A stretch of 63,289 nt of DNA, counting the filler, from Phoronis australis (lineage: Eukaryota; Animalia; Phoronida), in NCBI GenBank assembly GCA_002633005.1. It is 5 parts of 5 records of this genome, joined end to end, with 100 filler letters (N's around TTAATTAATTAA, not from the genome) between each part and the next. Parts side by side here need not be neighbours in the genome. Positions count along the whole stretch, not along the records: positions 44,918 to 53,190 come from NMRA01001909.1; positions 53,291 to 63,289 come from NMRA01001773.1; 3 more parts are not named here. One strand, 5' to 3'. Within the stretch, counting starts at the first letter, position 1. The number at the start of each line of letters is the position of its first letter. The position numbers and the translations under genes are program-made. This document shows positions 49,228-62,745 of the stretch, piece after piece. The notes under the pieces were generated by a model. That model saw nothing but the letters and a program-made list of their open reading frames with translations, was not told where the DNA came from and ran no database searches.

Positions 49228-50238
49228 TTCCTAAGAGAAATGTGGGATGACATAATTAACATCTTCGCAAGATATTGACATGCACTGCAAGCAATGTCCA
49301 TCATCACGCTAGCTTTATTCGCGAGTGCATTGTCATGGGCGGCGCACCATAGCGGGCTGGGTGGGGGGCTATAGTCCCCACTTTTTTCAGTGCTGCGCCT
49401 CCCACGATTGTCCCTTCGAAGCGCCTCATTTGGTCTTCCCTTTGACACCGTCCGGGGCGGGCTGACAAAAATCGTACACCTTTCTAACATTTTAAGGTTA
49501 AGTAGGAAATTCGGACTCTGATAAATTAGCGTTTATTAACAAAACTATCAGCAAGTTGTAGTAGTATTGAATTTTAGCCTCGCAATCTAGTAACTTGCTA
49601 CTGTACGTGGAACAAAGTACTCGCCTCTTTAGCCGGAGGTGAATTGAACCGACAAATCGAATTTTTCACCGTTCATACTGTACATAGCCGAAAGTGAAAA
49701 GTTTGACCCATAACACGATATTGTCGTGACGGACGGTCCAGAGTTGGCAGACATCCAACTCTGGACGGCCATAAAAACCACAACTCCTCCCGCTCGATTG
49801 CTCTTTACTGCACTTTAATCAGACAGCGTTAAGATAAGAGTTGACTGAAGAATTAAGGCGTTCGATTTCATTTTTCGCCATTTGTGTGGACAAAAACAAA
49901 GCCCTCATTTGAATTCCTCATAAAATGTGACCATAGAGCTCGACCAAGTTTTGTGGGAGATAGCTTCAATACACATGTAGATCAGCTGATTTGATTGTCT
50001 ATACAAAAGCTCCACTATCTGATCAAAGCTAATTGCCATGTTTGACTATCCACACCTGGAAAGGCCTACTCAGATCAATTTTAATAGCGTGTCCAAGTGC
50101 CCAGTGCATACTCCCTGAAGCTCCGATAAGTTTGCTTCACAGTCAAAATAAAGTTATGCGTTGGTACACGAAATTAAAAACTGGCCATTTTAGTGAATTT
50201 AACCGAAAAATCACTGTCAATACACCGCCGAAAATCGA

Positions 50239-51375
50239 AAGAAGAGCAACGCGGAGCGTTTAAATGCACCCACGAATGCATTGCAAATGGTGTGCTTTTA
50301 GGGTTATTTGTTTGTATCATAAAAATGGCCACTAGATGGCGCAAAAACATACAATCCATCCAAAAACAGGAACGTGCCATATTTCGTAAAAATCTGTTAA
50401 GGAACTTCAGAGAAACAAAGGAAAACAGAATAAAATGAAATTGCCACTAGTGAGCACAGTAGTCAGTCACCATCATCAAAGTTCGTCTTCACACTGAGGA
50501 CATATATGCCAATTTTCAAATGATTTGGTTGATACATGTACATGGGTGGACACCAAAAACAAGATTTGAAAACAGCAGAAAATGGCCACTAGGTGGTGCA
50601 AAATACCTTGCTTTCATCCAAAAACAGGAAGATAGCGTCATCACACCAACATATGCCTACATTTAAAATTTTATGAAAATCTGTTGAGGACCTTTGAAGA
50701 TACTGAGTTAAACGTAAAAAACTATAATTGCCACTAGGGGGCACAGCAGTAGTCAGATCTGCCCGAAAGACGTCGTCATCTGTAGTCACCATCATATAAA
50801 TACCCTTTCTAAATTAAGTAAAGATCCTGCGAACGGTTTAGGAGATACAGCCATAGGCGCAGCAAACTCAAAGCTGTCACTAGGAGGCGCTACAGTTTTC
50901 GAAATCGTCGGAAAATCATCTTCAACCGTCCTCTTTATAGTAAGCACATACATGCTAATTTTTACAATCATCCTTTGAGCGGTTTGGTTTATAGAGGGGT
51001 GGACGCAAAAAAACTCGAAAACAGTAAAAATGGCCACAAGGTGGCACAAACTAAGTCAAATCCATCTGAAAACGGGACTCACTAATAAGTGCCTACATAC
51101 CCAATTTCATGAAAATCCGTTCAGGACTTTTGAAGATACAAAGGTAAGAGCAAAAAACTAAAATTGCCATTAGGGGGCACACCGGTAGTCGGATCCGTCC
51201 GAAAGTTCGCTCATGCCGTCCCATTTATTAATGAAACTTATTTGCCAAATTTCATGAACGTATGTCAAAGGGTTTTGAAGATAGAGCAGCGGCGGCCGGA
51301 CGCCGGACGGACGGACGGACGGACGGAGATGCCGGCATAATGCGTCCACATATAAATATGTGGGCACATAAAAAA
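50239..51375 (-). mobile_element. Full-length family C HINE
   Basis: Same termini as 21212-22718: AAGAGCAACGCGGAGCGTT..ATGCACCCAC at one end; (GGAC)n and ATGCGTCCACATATAAATATGTGGGCACATAAAAA at the other. Confidence 0.85.
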
Positions 51376-51560
51376 TTGATCGTTGGTACTTGTAGCTGGT
51401 CGCCTACTGCCGTGCTGTCGACTAACTACACTGTTCTAGCACCAGCAATGGGTTTGAATGCATGTTTTGATCTCCTAATTCTTCTACGGTTCCGTTTTCG
51501 AGGCTCTATTCACGGAACAACTGGAAACAATCAATCACAGAGCATTTTGTTATTTTACTT

Positions 51561-51822
51561 TTATACCACAATATTAGCCTCTAATGGCAGATACAACCGT
51601 GTAATAACCCATAAAGTTATCTCACTAGTGAGATAATATTTTGGAGGGAAACCAAAGCCGGTTTCGAAGCCGAGCCTCAAGATTTCCCAGTCGCCAACTT
51701 GACCACTACACCACTCAGCGGCTGACGTCATCGAACGTGAAAATAGAATACTTAAATGAGCACGCGCAACAATCGCATGTTCAGCAAAGGGCATTACACC
51801 GACATTTATACGCTATGAAAAA
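51561..51822 (-). repeat. Second copy of the tRNA-containing dispersed repeat, cut by the Mag-like LTR
   Basis: Reverse complement of 24326-24589; similarity stops at the LTR start (51823). Confidence 0.7.
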
Positions 51823-53190
51823 TGCAGTATCTGCTGTTATTGTAGTTCACATATGTACCAATAGATGCCGTTGACCGAGGTTCAAGGTCAGGGAATATAA
51901 GTATGCAAAATGGCCGTCAGTTTATTTGAAGACCCACTCCGATAAATCACTGCCATCCAGAGTTACAACACTGCATCTGGCGACGAGAATAGTAGATGTC
52001 AACCCACCGATAACCCGAGAAACCGAACATTTCACCGAAAACCGCAGTAAGTTGAACCATGGCAGTGAATATAAACGTTACTTCCATTGCACCATTCGAC
52101 CCGAACGGCGATACAGCGACGACATACCAACGATGGGAGCGTTGGATTCGAGGTTTTGAACTTTACGCCGATGCAACTGGGTGCACGGATGACAGACAGA
52201 AACGTCAGCTGTTGTTACACAGCGCTGGACCCGACGTCCAGGACATTTTCTTTACCCTGCCCGATCCGCCGAACACATATTCAGCCACAAAGAAAAAATT
52301 GGAGGAACATTTCAAACCCATCAAAAACCTGCCATACCTGCGACACCTGTTCCGACAGGGGAAACAGGCAGAGGGTGAGAGCATTCTCCAGTTTGTGACT
52401 CGTCTTCGCCAGCTTGCGAAAGACTGTGAGTTTGGCTCAAATCTAGAGTCATTTGTAACTGACCAGGTGATTGATAAGTGTCTGTCTGAACACCTGAGAA
52501 CTAAATTACTGGCTCAAAAGGACTTGACATTAGACAAATGCCTAGCCATAGCTGCTGCGAAGGAAGCATCCGAGCAGCAAGCGCAGGACATTAGTGGTGC
52601 CGCAAAAGTGTTTCATACCCAAGGAAGTCACCGTCCACGACACCCACCGCCACGTGGACACAACCGTTCACAAAACCCGCCGCAGCGTCCGACTCAGGAC
52701 AGGAACCAAAACCCGACACGCCGCAACCAGAACCGTCCAAACCGTGCACCGCCAATTGGTCAGTCCGAGGAATGCTCTCGTTGTGGACAATTCGGACACT
52801 CTGGCGATGAGTGTGAGTGTTCCAGGAATGTAAAGTGCTTCAAGTGTGGACGCATGGGGCACTATCAGGTCAAGTGCTTTGCCACAAAGCCAAAACACAA
52901 AGGCTCATCAAACCGCAGACACAATGCGGTCAGACAAATCCAAACTGATACACAGGAGAACTCCTCTTCTGACGAATACACCGATGAAGATGTATATGCC
53001 ACGGGTGAGGAGGCGACGCTAAACATCACAATAAACGGGGTGCAAACACAAGTTGTTAATGACTCTGGCGCTTCGTGCAACATCATAAATTCAGCAGTTG
53101 CGTCAAAACTCGAACAAAGTGGTCTTCAGTCGCGATCATGCCGCCGCCGTATTTACCCATATGCATCCCCGCCACTTCATTGTCACCGTC
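51823..53190 (+). mobile_element. 5' part of a Mag-clade Ty3/Gypsy retrotransposon: 153-bp LTR (51823-51975), tRNA-Ser(GCU)-type PBS (51978), gag-protease
   Basis: TGCAGT...ACTGCA LTR termini; TGGCGACGAG PBS two nt downstream; intact ORF up to the contig end. Confidence 0.85.
52059..53190 (+). CDS. gag: Mag-type Gag-protease (partial, runs into gap)
   Basis: WERWIRGFELYA...RQLLLHSAG...RHLFRQGKQAEGESILQFVTRLRQLAKDCEFG; two CCHC knuckles (CSRCGQFGHSGDEC, CFKCGRMGHYQVKC); protease DSGASCNII. Confidence 0.9.
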
Positions 53191-54619
53191 NNNNNNNNNN
53201 NNNNNNNNNNNNNNNNNNNNNNNNNNNNNNNNNNTTAATTAATTAANNNNNNNNNNNNNNNNNNNNNNNNNNNNNNNNNNNNNNNNNNNNACTCCACGAA
53301 ACTTCAGATATCCCATAATATGGAATTTTAGTCGAGGTTCAGTTTATATTAAAGTTAAGTGAAAAGGTAGCCCAGTTGGCAAATATCCTAGGAAGGATAA
53401 AAATAAATGTCATTTTAAAGTACAATTGGCCTGTGGCTAATTTCCAAGTTTTTCCCGGTAACTGGAACTCGAGAAAATGTAAAGGCAGTATTGTATGAAC
53501 AGTTATCCCCTGTGCTCCATATCGTGGCGGGATACGACCTTCGCTCGACTATTAAGCGCCTGGTCTTGAAAAAGCGCTGGTCTGAAATTAAACAGTTGTA
53601 TCCAAAATTAACGCCGTTGTCGTAGGAATCCTTCCTGAATGTGTATGAGGGGCAATATTCGAGCACGTTTCAGTTAAAATACGGATGCTTCATCTGCATG
53701 AGGCGCCAGCGGTTCTTAAACGAGACAAATTTACAGCCAGTACAATATAAAACGCCATAATTTACGTGCGGAGACATTGTATTTCTTTTCCCAACCGTCA
53801 AGAAGCTGAAAAACCCACTCGAGACCGTACAAGATCACCCCCCACGATACTCTGAGAGCAAAATACGTACCACCCTTGTGGACATGGCGGACAAAATACC
53901 CACTCAAATTGGTGGCACAACCCTGTACCCTTCCATCGCTGAAAAAGTGATTTGGAATAACTGATTTATCGTTTCTTTGGAATGCAGGGTTAATCTTCTG
54001 TGATCGCTTTTTAGGTAGACGAAACGCATCGTTTTAAGAATTCCATTTAAATATGGTGAATATCAAAAAGCGGTATGACTTGAAGGGAGGTCCTATTATA
54101 TTTTTATTCGGTGACGACGACTTTGAAGAAAGCTGGGCGTGTTTGGAAAAAGGCTTGTCAGTTGTAACAACATGTATTACTATAGTAGGACCGTCCAACC
54201 CCAGCCATATTCACTAATGGGTTTCCTTCTGGAAAAATGAATGTACAAACTTGAAAAACCAAACCCGTTCGTCGTTAGGACTAAACGCTGTAACTGGATC
54301 TGGTCTTAGTTTTGGGAGAATTGACCATTTCCCCTCATACCCTTTGCATTCCTCTTCTAAAAATGGCTTGGAACGCGAATAAATTGGATTATTCAAAGTG
54401 ATTCTGTGCCACTATTTCGCCTTCCATGCCTCTTCAGATCGAAGCCACCTGATGCCTGCTGAAATGAGTCTACTTAGCTCCAATAATACTGTTATCAAGG
54501 AACAATTCGATATGTTCTCTAGATCACTTCTTTTCGATAGCACCGCAAACGGTGTGATTCTATGGGACTGTTTTATTATCATAATGACGCAGAGTGCGTT
54601 AAACCCATTCGAATTGAGG

Positions 54620-55100
54620 TGACGTCAAATTTTATGAAAATTAGCAAAGGAATTCCTAAGATATAGATGAAACGTAAAAAACAATTAACTCTGGGAAGCA
54701 CAGCTAGAGTGAGTCCGATTGGTCTAAAGCTCGTTATCTGTTTCCATCTCTATACAAACTCATTTGCCAAATTTCGCAAAGATCCTTCAAAGGGATAAGG
54801 AGATACAGGCGTAGATGTAAAAAATCAAAATTGCCAGAATAGCCAAAAAACACCCGAAAATCAACATCAGCCACGGTGTTCACATCAGGAACACAATTTT
54901 CATAATCGCTCTATGAGTAGTTTGTCAGATAAAGAGGCATGCGTCAAAAACATACTCTAAAATTTTAAGTGGTCATCGGGTGGCGCAGAAAACATAAAAT
55001 CTGTTCGAAAATGGGAAAGCGATGTCGTCTCCTTAATAGAATTCCATGGAAATACATTCATGAACTCCGAAGATACAGAGGAAAACGTAAAAAAAAAACA
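54620..55100 (-). mobile_element. Old, diverged family C-related fragment
   Basis: GCCAAATTT..AAAGATCCTTC..GG..TAAGGAGATACAG..GTAG; AAGATACAGAGGAAAACGTAAAAA. Confidence 0.5.
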
Positions 55101-55665
55101 GTTTGCTACAAGACGTGTCGGACTTTAATGAGACAATCTAATAGAAACATTAAGTTTAAAAGAAATAATATTTAATGAAGTTTCAACATTCAAAGAGAAA
55201 CGAACATTTACACACAATTAATAAGTTTCGTCACTGCATGGGTAGACCACTCTCCACATGGCACCCAACTAATATTACTGAGTCAGTCCATTTTATTTCA
55301 TAGTCTTTTGTGGTCAGCCTCCGACCCCGAATGTCCCAAGACTTTTGTAGACACAAACGTTCCACTTTCTGTGAAAAGCTTCAGACACGTCTCCACTGTG
55401 TCACGGCTGCATGGCTCTCGACTGCCGCACAGGTCGAACATTTGAATGCGCCCGGCCAACACAGCAGGTTATTTGCATATAAATGTCCTGGCAACAATCA
55501 CTGAACACTGACGCCGGCGACGTAACAGATTGTTCCCAATTATCAATTCTTTACGTAATCCTCCACTGAAATGTGAACATACAGGGCAAAACACTGCCTC
55601 GCAATCTGCCCAAACCAATCAAGACTGTAAAATTCAAATTCACCCCGACCAACAAGCGATCGAGA

Positions 55666-55827
55666 ACGCCGGAAGGCGATGGGAGGACGCCGGAAGGCGA
55701 TGGGAGGACGCCGGAAGGCGATGGGAGGACGCCGGAAGGCGATGGGAGGACGCCGGAAGGCGATGGGAGGACGCCGGAAGGCGATGGGAGGACGCCGGAA
55801 GGCGATGGGAGGACGCCGGAAGGCGAT
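55666..55827. repeat. 21-bp minisatellite (GACGCCGGAAGGCGATGGGAG)n, at least 7 perfect copies, running into an ~880-N gap
   Basis: Direct reading of the sequence. Confidence 0.95.
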
Positions 55828-58642
55828 NNNNNNNNNNNNNNNNNNNNNNNNNNNNNNNNNNNNNNNNNNNNNNNNNNNNNNNNNNNNNNNNNNNNNNNNN
55901 NNNNNNNNNNNNNNNNNNNNNNNNNNNNNNNNNNNNNNNNNNNNNNNNNNNNNNNNNNNNNNNNNNNNNNNNNNNNNNNNNNNNNNNNNNNNNNNNNNNN
56001 NNNNNNNNNNNNNNNNNNNNNNNNNNNNNNNNNNNNNNNNNNNNNNNNNNNNNNNNNNNNNNNNNNNNNNNNNNNNNNNNNNNNNNNNNNNNNNNNNNNN
56101 NNNNNNNNNNNNNNNNNNNNNNNNNNNNNNNNNNNNNNNNNNNNNNNNNNNNNNNNNNNNNNNNNNNNNNNNNNNNNNNNNNNNNNNNNNNNNNNNNNNN
56201 NNNNNNNNNNNNNNNNNNNNNNNNNNNNNNNNNNNNNNNNNNNNNNNNNNNNNNNNNNNNNNNNNNNNNNNNNNNNNNNNNNNNNNNNNNNNNNNNNNNN
56301 NNNNNNNNNNNNNNNNNNNNNNNNNNNNNNNNNNNNNNNNNNNNNNNNNNNNNNNNNNNNNNNNNNNNNNNNNNNNNNNNNNNNNNNNNNNNNNNNNNNN
56401 NNNNNNNNNNNNNNNNNNNNNNNNNNNNNNNNNNNNNNNNNNNNNNNNNNNNNNNNNNNNNNNNNNNNNNNNNNNNNNNNNNNNNNNNNNNNNNNNNNNN
56501 NNNNNNNNNNNNNNNNNNNNNNNNNNNNNNNNNNNNNNNNNNNNNNNNNNNNNNNNNNNNNNNNNNNNNNNNNNNNNNNNNNNNNNNNNNNNNNNNNNNN
56601 NNNNNNNNNNNNNNNNNNNNNNNNNNNNNNNNNNNNNNNNNNNNNNNNNNNNNNNNNNNNNNNNNNNNNNNNNNNNNNNNNNNNNNNNNNNNNNNNNNNN
56701 NNNNNNNGGGGGGGGGGGGGGCAAGGGGGCCATGGCCCCCCTAAAATTCTACCAGATACCATTTGGGAGTTCGGGTGCGCGCAAGCAGGGGCTCCTCGGG
56801 GGGTGAATAAATAATGCATAGGCCCTGAGCAAACTGAACGGAACCTGTTTGTTTTTTTAGTCAAAAGGTCTCCGTAACCCCAAACATTCGAGGCCTCTGC
56901 GTGCCTACATTTTAGGCTGGGCGCGCGCATCTGCCGAAATTCTGGTTATTCCCGTGCCCCCAGTGCCCCCCCCAACACAAAATCCTGGATCCACCCCTGA
57001 CTACAACAAAGCAAGACCTCTACCAGCCCTGTGACTGACGCGTTGCATGCGTCTAGAGTTTTTTACCAACATAATAAAACACAGCACGAAGCATCGTGCT
57101 CAGGAACCAAGTCGATTCAGTGTCCTATCTGTGATCAACGTTTCACGGAAAGAGTAAGCCTGATGCGACACTACGTCACAGCACTAGGACACTCCTTTTT
57201 GTGGTTAATGTGGCATCATAGACTATAATCTATGGTGGCATGTCATGCAAACAGTATGCCTCCCATAACGCTAAATCGCCGTGAGAGACAGTCCGGAGTT
57301 GGTATATGGTGCAACTCCGGACGGTCTGGGCTCGACAGAAAACCACACTTCAACTGTGAGTCTACACCAATGTGACAAACGAGAGTAGTTTTACTTGCAG
57401 GGTCAGCTGGATTTATCATTATCTCTTTTATGACACAAACTGAGTGAGTGGGCTAAGCCTTTTCCAACTAGAAAACTAGAAACCAGTCTCTTACTGGTTC
57501 CTAGGTATAAATCAGTGGAGCGCGAGAACCTGAGGTCCCTGTCAAGTCCTCACAACAATTCTACATGTTCTACAGGCATAGCAAGCAGAAACGTCATGAA
57601 TGAAATCATAAGTCCAGTTACTATAGTTTATTCAGATTTACAAAGTCTGTGGTTGGTAGTTGTCTGATGTCATAGTATTTTGACGTTTTGTTTTGAACTT
57701 TTTTTCTTCAAGTTTCTTTCTATATTTGTGTTATTTCAAAAGGATCTTTAACAGAACCAGTACATTTTTGTAGTGTTTAGGTAGATTTATATGGCCATAC
57801 TAAGTGTCATTGGGCATTATTTACAGACAATTGTTCTGACCAATGAGTATTTTGAATGAAAATATATGTCTATGATTATTGTAGAAATTGCTTTCATATT
57901 GTAGTTGATTTCCTGTCAGAGACTGTTATACTATCAATCAGTCCTAAATACATTGTCTATGATTCAGTGATGATTTAGTCTAATACATTCCAAAAGTAAT
58001 TCGTTGGAAATGTTCAATGGATTTGTTTTATTGATTTTCCTATACTAAAATATATTTTTGTAGGACCAATTTTGAGGTATATGTGATAAAAGATTAATAT
58101 TATAATAGAAATGCTATGATATTGTTGATTTCCTGTGTAAACCACTACAGTGTGTAGTTGAAGTGACAACATGTTGACTACGTTTGAGAAAATCACAATA
58201 CAATATGTGTATTATAACTCTCAATCTTTTTCAATGTCACATTAAACTCGAGATCATGAACTAATGATGCAGGTGGACTTAGGACCAATACTGCAAAACA
58301 GAAGAGTCAAACACAACGCACATTCAAGCCACATGGTGCCACAAGTCAATTTGATCATCTATGTATCATGTTATCAATAAAACATCAAGTAAAATCCCAC
58401 CCGTATTATCAGCACACCAGTTTACACAACTTCTGACCAATTTTTTGATCCCAGACGTTTATGAGTGAGAATCTTTGAATCATCTCGTGAAGTGTTGTCA
58501 CACTCCCCTCTCTCAAGCTCATCATCATTCTTTGACTTCGCTGGCTATTTGTTTTTTCCCTTTGCTGTCACAATTTTACAAGAAGATTCCGAGTACACTC
58601 GCTTTCATCTCGGTGCTGCAACAATTTGTTTACCCCTGGCCG

Positions 58643-59378
58643 ACAGCTTTGCACCAATGTGGGTAAAAAAGTGGTAAGATAAAATGTGACACAAAATTAG
58701 TGTCATTAAAACTACAGTCTTCCTTGAGTAAACAAAATTATTAAACAGTGTTGGAAAAAATGGCGTTCTACCGTTATTCTGCTGCTAAAGTTGTGGAGCG
58801 ATCTTTAGCGACGGCTTTCGGCGCATGGCCATGAAATATTGCGTCACCTATTGGCCAGTTTCTTTTTTCGCCGATTCTTCAATCAATTGCTGTTCTTTTA
58901 CGAGCTTACGTACACGTCACAACAAATTATTGTAACTGGTTTCACTTCGTTATAATTTTTTAGAATTCCGATACCGAAAAACCGAATTTCAGAACAAATT
59001 TTGCTTCTCCGACTGAAGTTGTCGCGAAAATTTAAGAAATGGCGCGTGCGCGTGACACGAGCGTATTGTTTTCGAAACGATCGACGACATACTTTTCATT
59101 GTTAGAAAAGGCGGAGAGTTACGCAAGAAAATGACGTTTATTGCATTGTTTTTCACTTAAACGGCTGTAACGTACGGGCAAGGTGAGTGTCGGTTGACTC
59201 AGTCCCAGATTTTGCATGCACACCGTCAGGTCTTTAGCCTACATGTTTCATGGCGCGGTGACGAGCAGAACTACCTTCGCTGTGTGCCAGTGCAATTTCG
59301 CTGTCTACGGAAGAAATACACGCAGTGGGACCTAGCTGTATTCTGACGACAGTCTTCATACAGCCAGCTGACTGGCTA
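58643..59378 (-). mobile_element. Inverted family A copy lacking the last ~25 bp
   Basis: Reverse complement of 28518-29246; ends CAGCCAGCTGACTGGCTA at 59378. Confidence 0.85.
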
Positions 59379-60027
59379 GCGTCTACTAGTGAACGCACGC
59401 CAGGCCTACTGCTCAGCTGTTATTGCGACACTCAACCTGAAACATATGCCGACCGAGGCTTTTGATGATGGTGTCCTGAAAAAAAACACCCCCGCCACCG
59501 CCATCTATTCTAAAAGCCACCTCCCCTGCNAGTCTGCTACGTAGGTTCTGTTTCGAAAAAAGCGATGCCTTTAGTGACGGGAAGCTGAAGCCAGGAAATG
59601 AATTTGTTCTCACTCAACTGTGAAAAATAATTAAATCTCACATTAGAAAACGCACAGTAAAATCTCATAAGTTTAGGACACCTCATGCCGGACAATTGAT
59701 ATTTTAATTGTATTTGTAGAGAACTTCACTAGCTGTGTTGCGGCAAGAAAAATCTAGCCAGTTGCACTCTCATTGAAAATACACGGCACTATCTCACGTC
59801 CCAAATTTGAGGCATCGACTCGAGGGCTCTGATTGGGTAGTCGTTCTTGCCAATTTAGAAGCCTTTGCAACATTAATTTCAATCTCATTACAGGCATTTA
59901 AAGTTTGAGGATTGCTACCAATCAAGCTTTCTTTCTTTCAAGATTTACAGGTCTAAATGTAATTGATATCTGTCAAATAAATTTGAGTTGAAACTGTTTT
60001 AATTTTAGTCGTTCCAACTTTTCGTAG

Positions 60028-60122
60028 GTTGTCAAAGACCCAAACAAAAAGTGGACATCAATATTGTGAGACTGTCATGTCGATGTGTTTCATATCGAAA
60101 GGGAATAAATAACAATAGAAGG
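60028..60122 (+). CDS. Putative exon (phase 1 to 0) of the candidate IL-1-like host gene
   Basis: TTTTCGTAG acceptor, AGG|GTAAGT donor, open frame xCQRPKQKVDINIVRLSCRCVSYRKGINNNRR compatible with the next exon; could be partly UTR. Confidence 0.4.
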
Positions 60123-61368
60123 GTAAGTACAGTATTATTATAGACATTGTTTAAAATTTTTTTGCTAGATAGTTTCTAAACCTGCATTTCGTATCACAAG
60201 AGACTTTCCTGACACTTGAAGCAGTAAATATATCATTCTTCACTTAAATCAATACAGCAATACAGAATAAGGAAATTTTACTTACATTGTTCTCCCGTAA
60301 TTCAACACTCTCTGGTGGCCATTTTGCTATTTTATGGTAGCGAAGGTGCAAACTTTCTTGCAAAACACTCTGTCACCTTTCACCCACGTGATCTTGCATG
60401 GTGTCGTCAAATTGTTGAGAAACACAATCAATGAATGGCATCCCAGTCAATTTAACCTAAAGCTTTCATACACAAAATGTCCATCATGGCAATGGTGTTT
60501 GGAAATGTAATGTTCAGTATGCTTCAATTAAATGTGCGTGCAGAATTGTTTTGAAATAATTATTTTACCCATCAGTTTACAGATGTATAGTACCATAGAA
60601 CTCACCAATTTAGGACACTCTTATGGTGTACAAGTGGAATTTTACTTTCTCATTTTTTCGTAAAAATATGTAGCATCAAATTAATGCTTTGCTGTGTTCA
60701 AGTTCTGAAGCATAGCTATCATCAGAAAATATTTTATTATTTTTGTCCGACTTTGGCTATCATTTAACGTCGATATTAATGGTGGCCTACTATAGTTGTA
60801 TATCAAATTGATACAAGTGATGTAGAAATTGCATAATGTTCACTTTGTACATCAACTTATAAACATGACAATAATTAGAAACACAATTTTGGATTATTTC
60901 ACTATTTCCTGTAAGGTACTTTACTAATGTTGTAAATGACACTATTAAAAATATTGTTGAGAGGATTTATGGTTTTGTTTGTAAACTTAAACAAAAAAAT
61001 GCAAATCTGTGATGTGGCATTATTGAGATTTCATTTTTATAGAATTTTTTAAATTATGTTTTGATGGCAGTAATAGGTGAATTTGATGAGAGTAATAGGT
61101 TTACTGTCCAAAATTAAATTGAATTTCTACACTATTTTGAGAAGAAAATGTGAAATCTAGATATTTGGTAAAGTGCACAGACTTGGTTTTACTTCATTTC
61201 TTGTTAAATGAGTTGCTGCAGGAAGATAGACTATAATTAAGGAAAGTTTTAAAGGTGTGGTTGTTCTCCATATGTTTGAAATGTAGGGAGTTCACCATCA
61301 AGATGTGAAGACAATACATGTAGAATGTTGCATGTTCGTATTGACACCACTGGCTTGATTTCTTTCAG

Positions 61369-61417
61369 GATGTGACAGAAAATAGAGAAACTACTGTTAA
61401 GTTCATCAAGGAACAAA
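61369..61417 (+). CDS. 49-bp exon (phase 0 to 1) of the candidate IL-1-like host gene
   Basis: TTTCTTTCAG|GAT...CAAA|GTAAGT; encodes DVTENRETTVKFIKEQ(S), in phase with 62420. Confidence 0.6.
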
Positions 61418-62419
61418 GTAAGTTTTGTGAATGTAACATGAACAATGAACCATGGTTAGTGAAAACCCTTCAGTTTTTTAGCCTTGGTTATAAGCTATAA
61501 ATCAGCTGCTGAAATTTCAAAACTCATTGTGAACATTTTTTCTACACAGGCTTTAAAAATATATAAGTTTCATCATTGTTCTTTATACTGCTTAAAACAC
61601 AGAACATACAGGCTGGAATTCTCCACTTTTTTATAGCAAACAATTATGTCAACAATTGAAAGTCTTGTCAAATTTGTCAACAAAAATAAAGATTAAGAAA
61701 ATGTTTGTTTGTGTCTATCATGGTTTCTAGTGTGTATGGTAATTTTTCCACTATTTGCAGTATTGTGACCAATCAGTCTTTGAGAAATGGAAAAATTATA
61801 ATTTTTGTGCAAACTTCTTAAGTGGTGAATTACCGTACGTTTCCAGAATGGGCAATCACATACTAAAAAAGGCAATCCTACCATAATTGTCCTGCTAAGT
61901 GATTTTATGGCTTTATTTTTCCTTTTTGGGACATTATACACTGTGATGCATAAGTTTGGTATTTGTTTTACTTTTCTGATGAAAACTGCAACAAACAAAA
62001 TTGTGGTCCAAAAAAGAAATAAAGTGACACCAAAAAGTTGTGATTGATTTCAGCTCTGTTATTGATACGCGTTTCAGATGACCATATCACTCTCCTTTTT
62101 GCAGCAAAATAAAAGCTGGACCCCATTAATATTATGCAATACCGTATTCATCAATTTAATTTCTCCNTCCCATTACTTGGCCTGTATTTCCTCCTCCAGA
62201 CTGTAGACATTTAACTTAGACCGCTGAAGATAAGTGTACTACGTGGAACATTTGGTTTTAAGTGTGTAAGTGTAGGACTACTGTTTTATTTGGCTCTTTT
62301 ATTCACTTTCGTCTCACTACTTAAAATTGTGAGCATTTGAAAAACGGCAGATAACGACACGAGCCTTTGTCTTGCTCCAAAATTTGTTTACCGTTCTCAG
62401 GGATATTGTGCTTTTGCAG

Positions 62420-62605
62420 GTGGTGAAACAGTCAGATTTGAACAAGTGGTTGAATCAGAGTATCGCAACATCAGGAACACAGAAAATTTGATGCGTGTCA
62501 CCTCTGAAGTAGATGTCCTTGAAGGTGACCAGGATCATATTATGCAGTGGTCGAAGAACAGAATCCTCATGAAGACGTTGGAAGAGACAGATGGCCTTCG
62601 CAATG
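62420..62605 (+). CDS. 186-bp exon (phase 1 to 1) of the candidate IL-1-like host gene
   Basis: CTTTTGCAG|GT...AATG|GTAAGT; encodes GETVRFEQVVESEYRNIRNTENLMRVTSEVDVLEGDQDHIMQWSKNRILMKTLEETDGLRN. Confidence 0.75.
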
Positions 62606-62745
62606 GTAAGTAGAATTTTACCTTTAGATGTTTAAAATTTAACTTTGAGACATTCTGTAGTTATTCTGTCATACAGTCTCTACACGAATGATGTTTTCAG
62701 ATAATTTTTGGCTCACCCTGTATGGTTACTTTCCTTTTTTAACAG

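Noticed and set aside
55530-56930. Long ORFs with EDAGRRW / TPEGDGR repeats
   Set aside because: Artefacts of a stop-free 21-bp minisatellite plus N runs.
57031-57228. CPICDQRF.....LMRH C2H2 zinc-finger-like peptide
   Set aside because: A single imperfect finger with no splice context or neighbouring fingers; cannot be supported as a gene.
57372-58515. Possible minus-strand LTR (TGTGACA...TGTCACA with adjacent PPT-like CTCCCCTCTCTC)
   Set aside because: No second LTR, TSD or coding sequence to support the boundaries.
60195-61630. NF-kB-like sites (GAGACTTTCC ~60200, GGAATTCTCC ~61615) in introns of the IL-1-like candidate
   Set aside because: Imperfect 10-mers occur by chance at this density; not counted as evidence.
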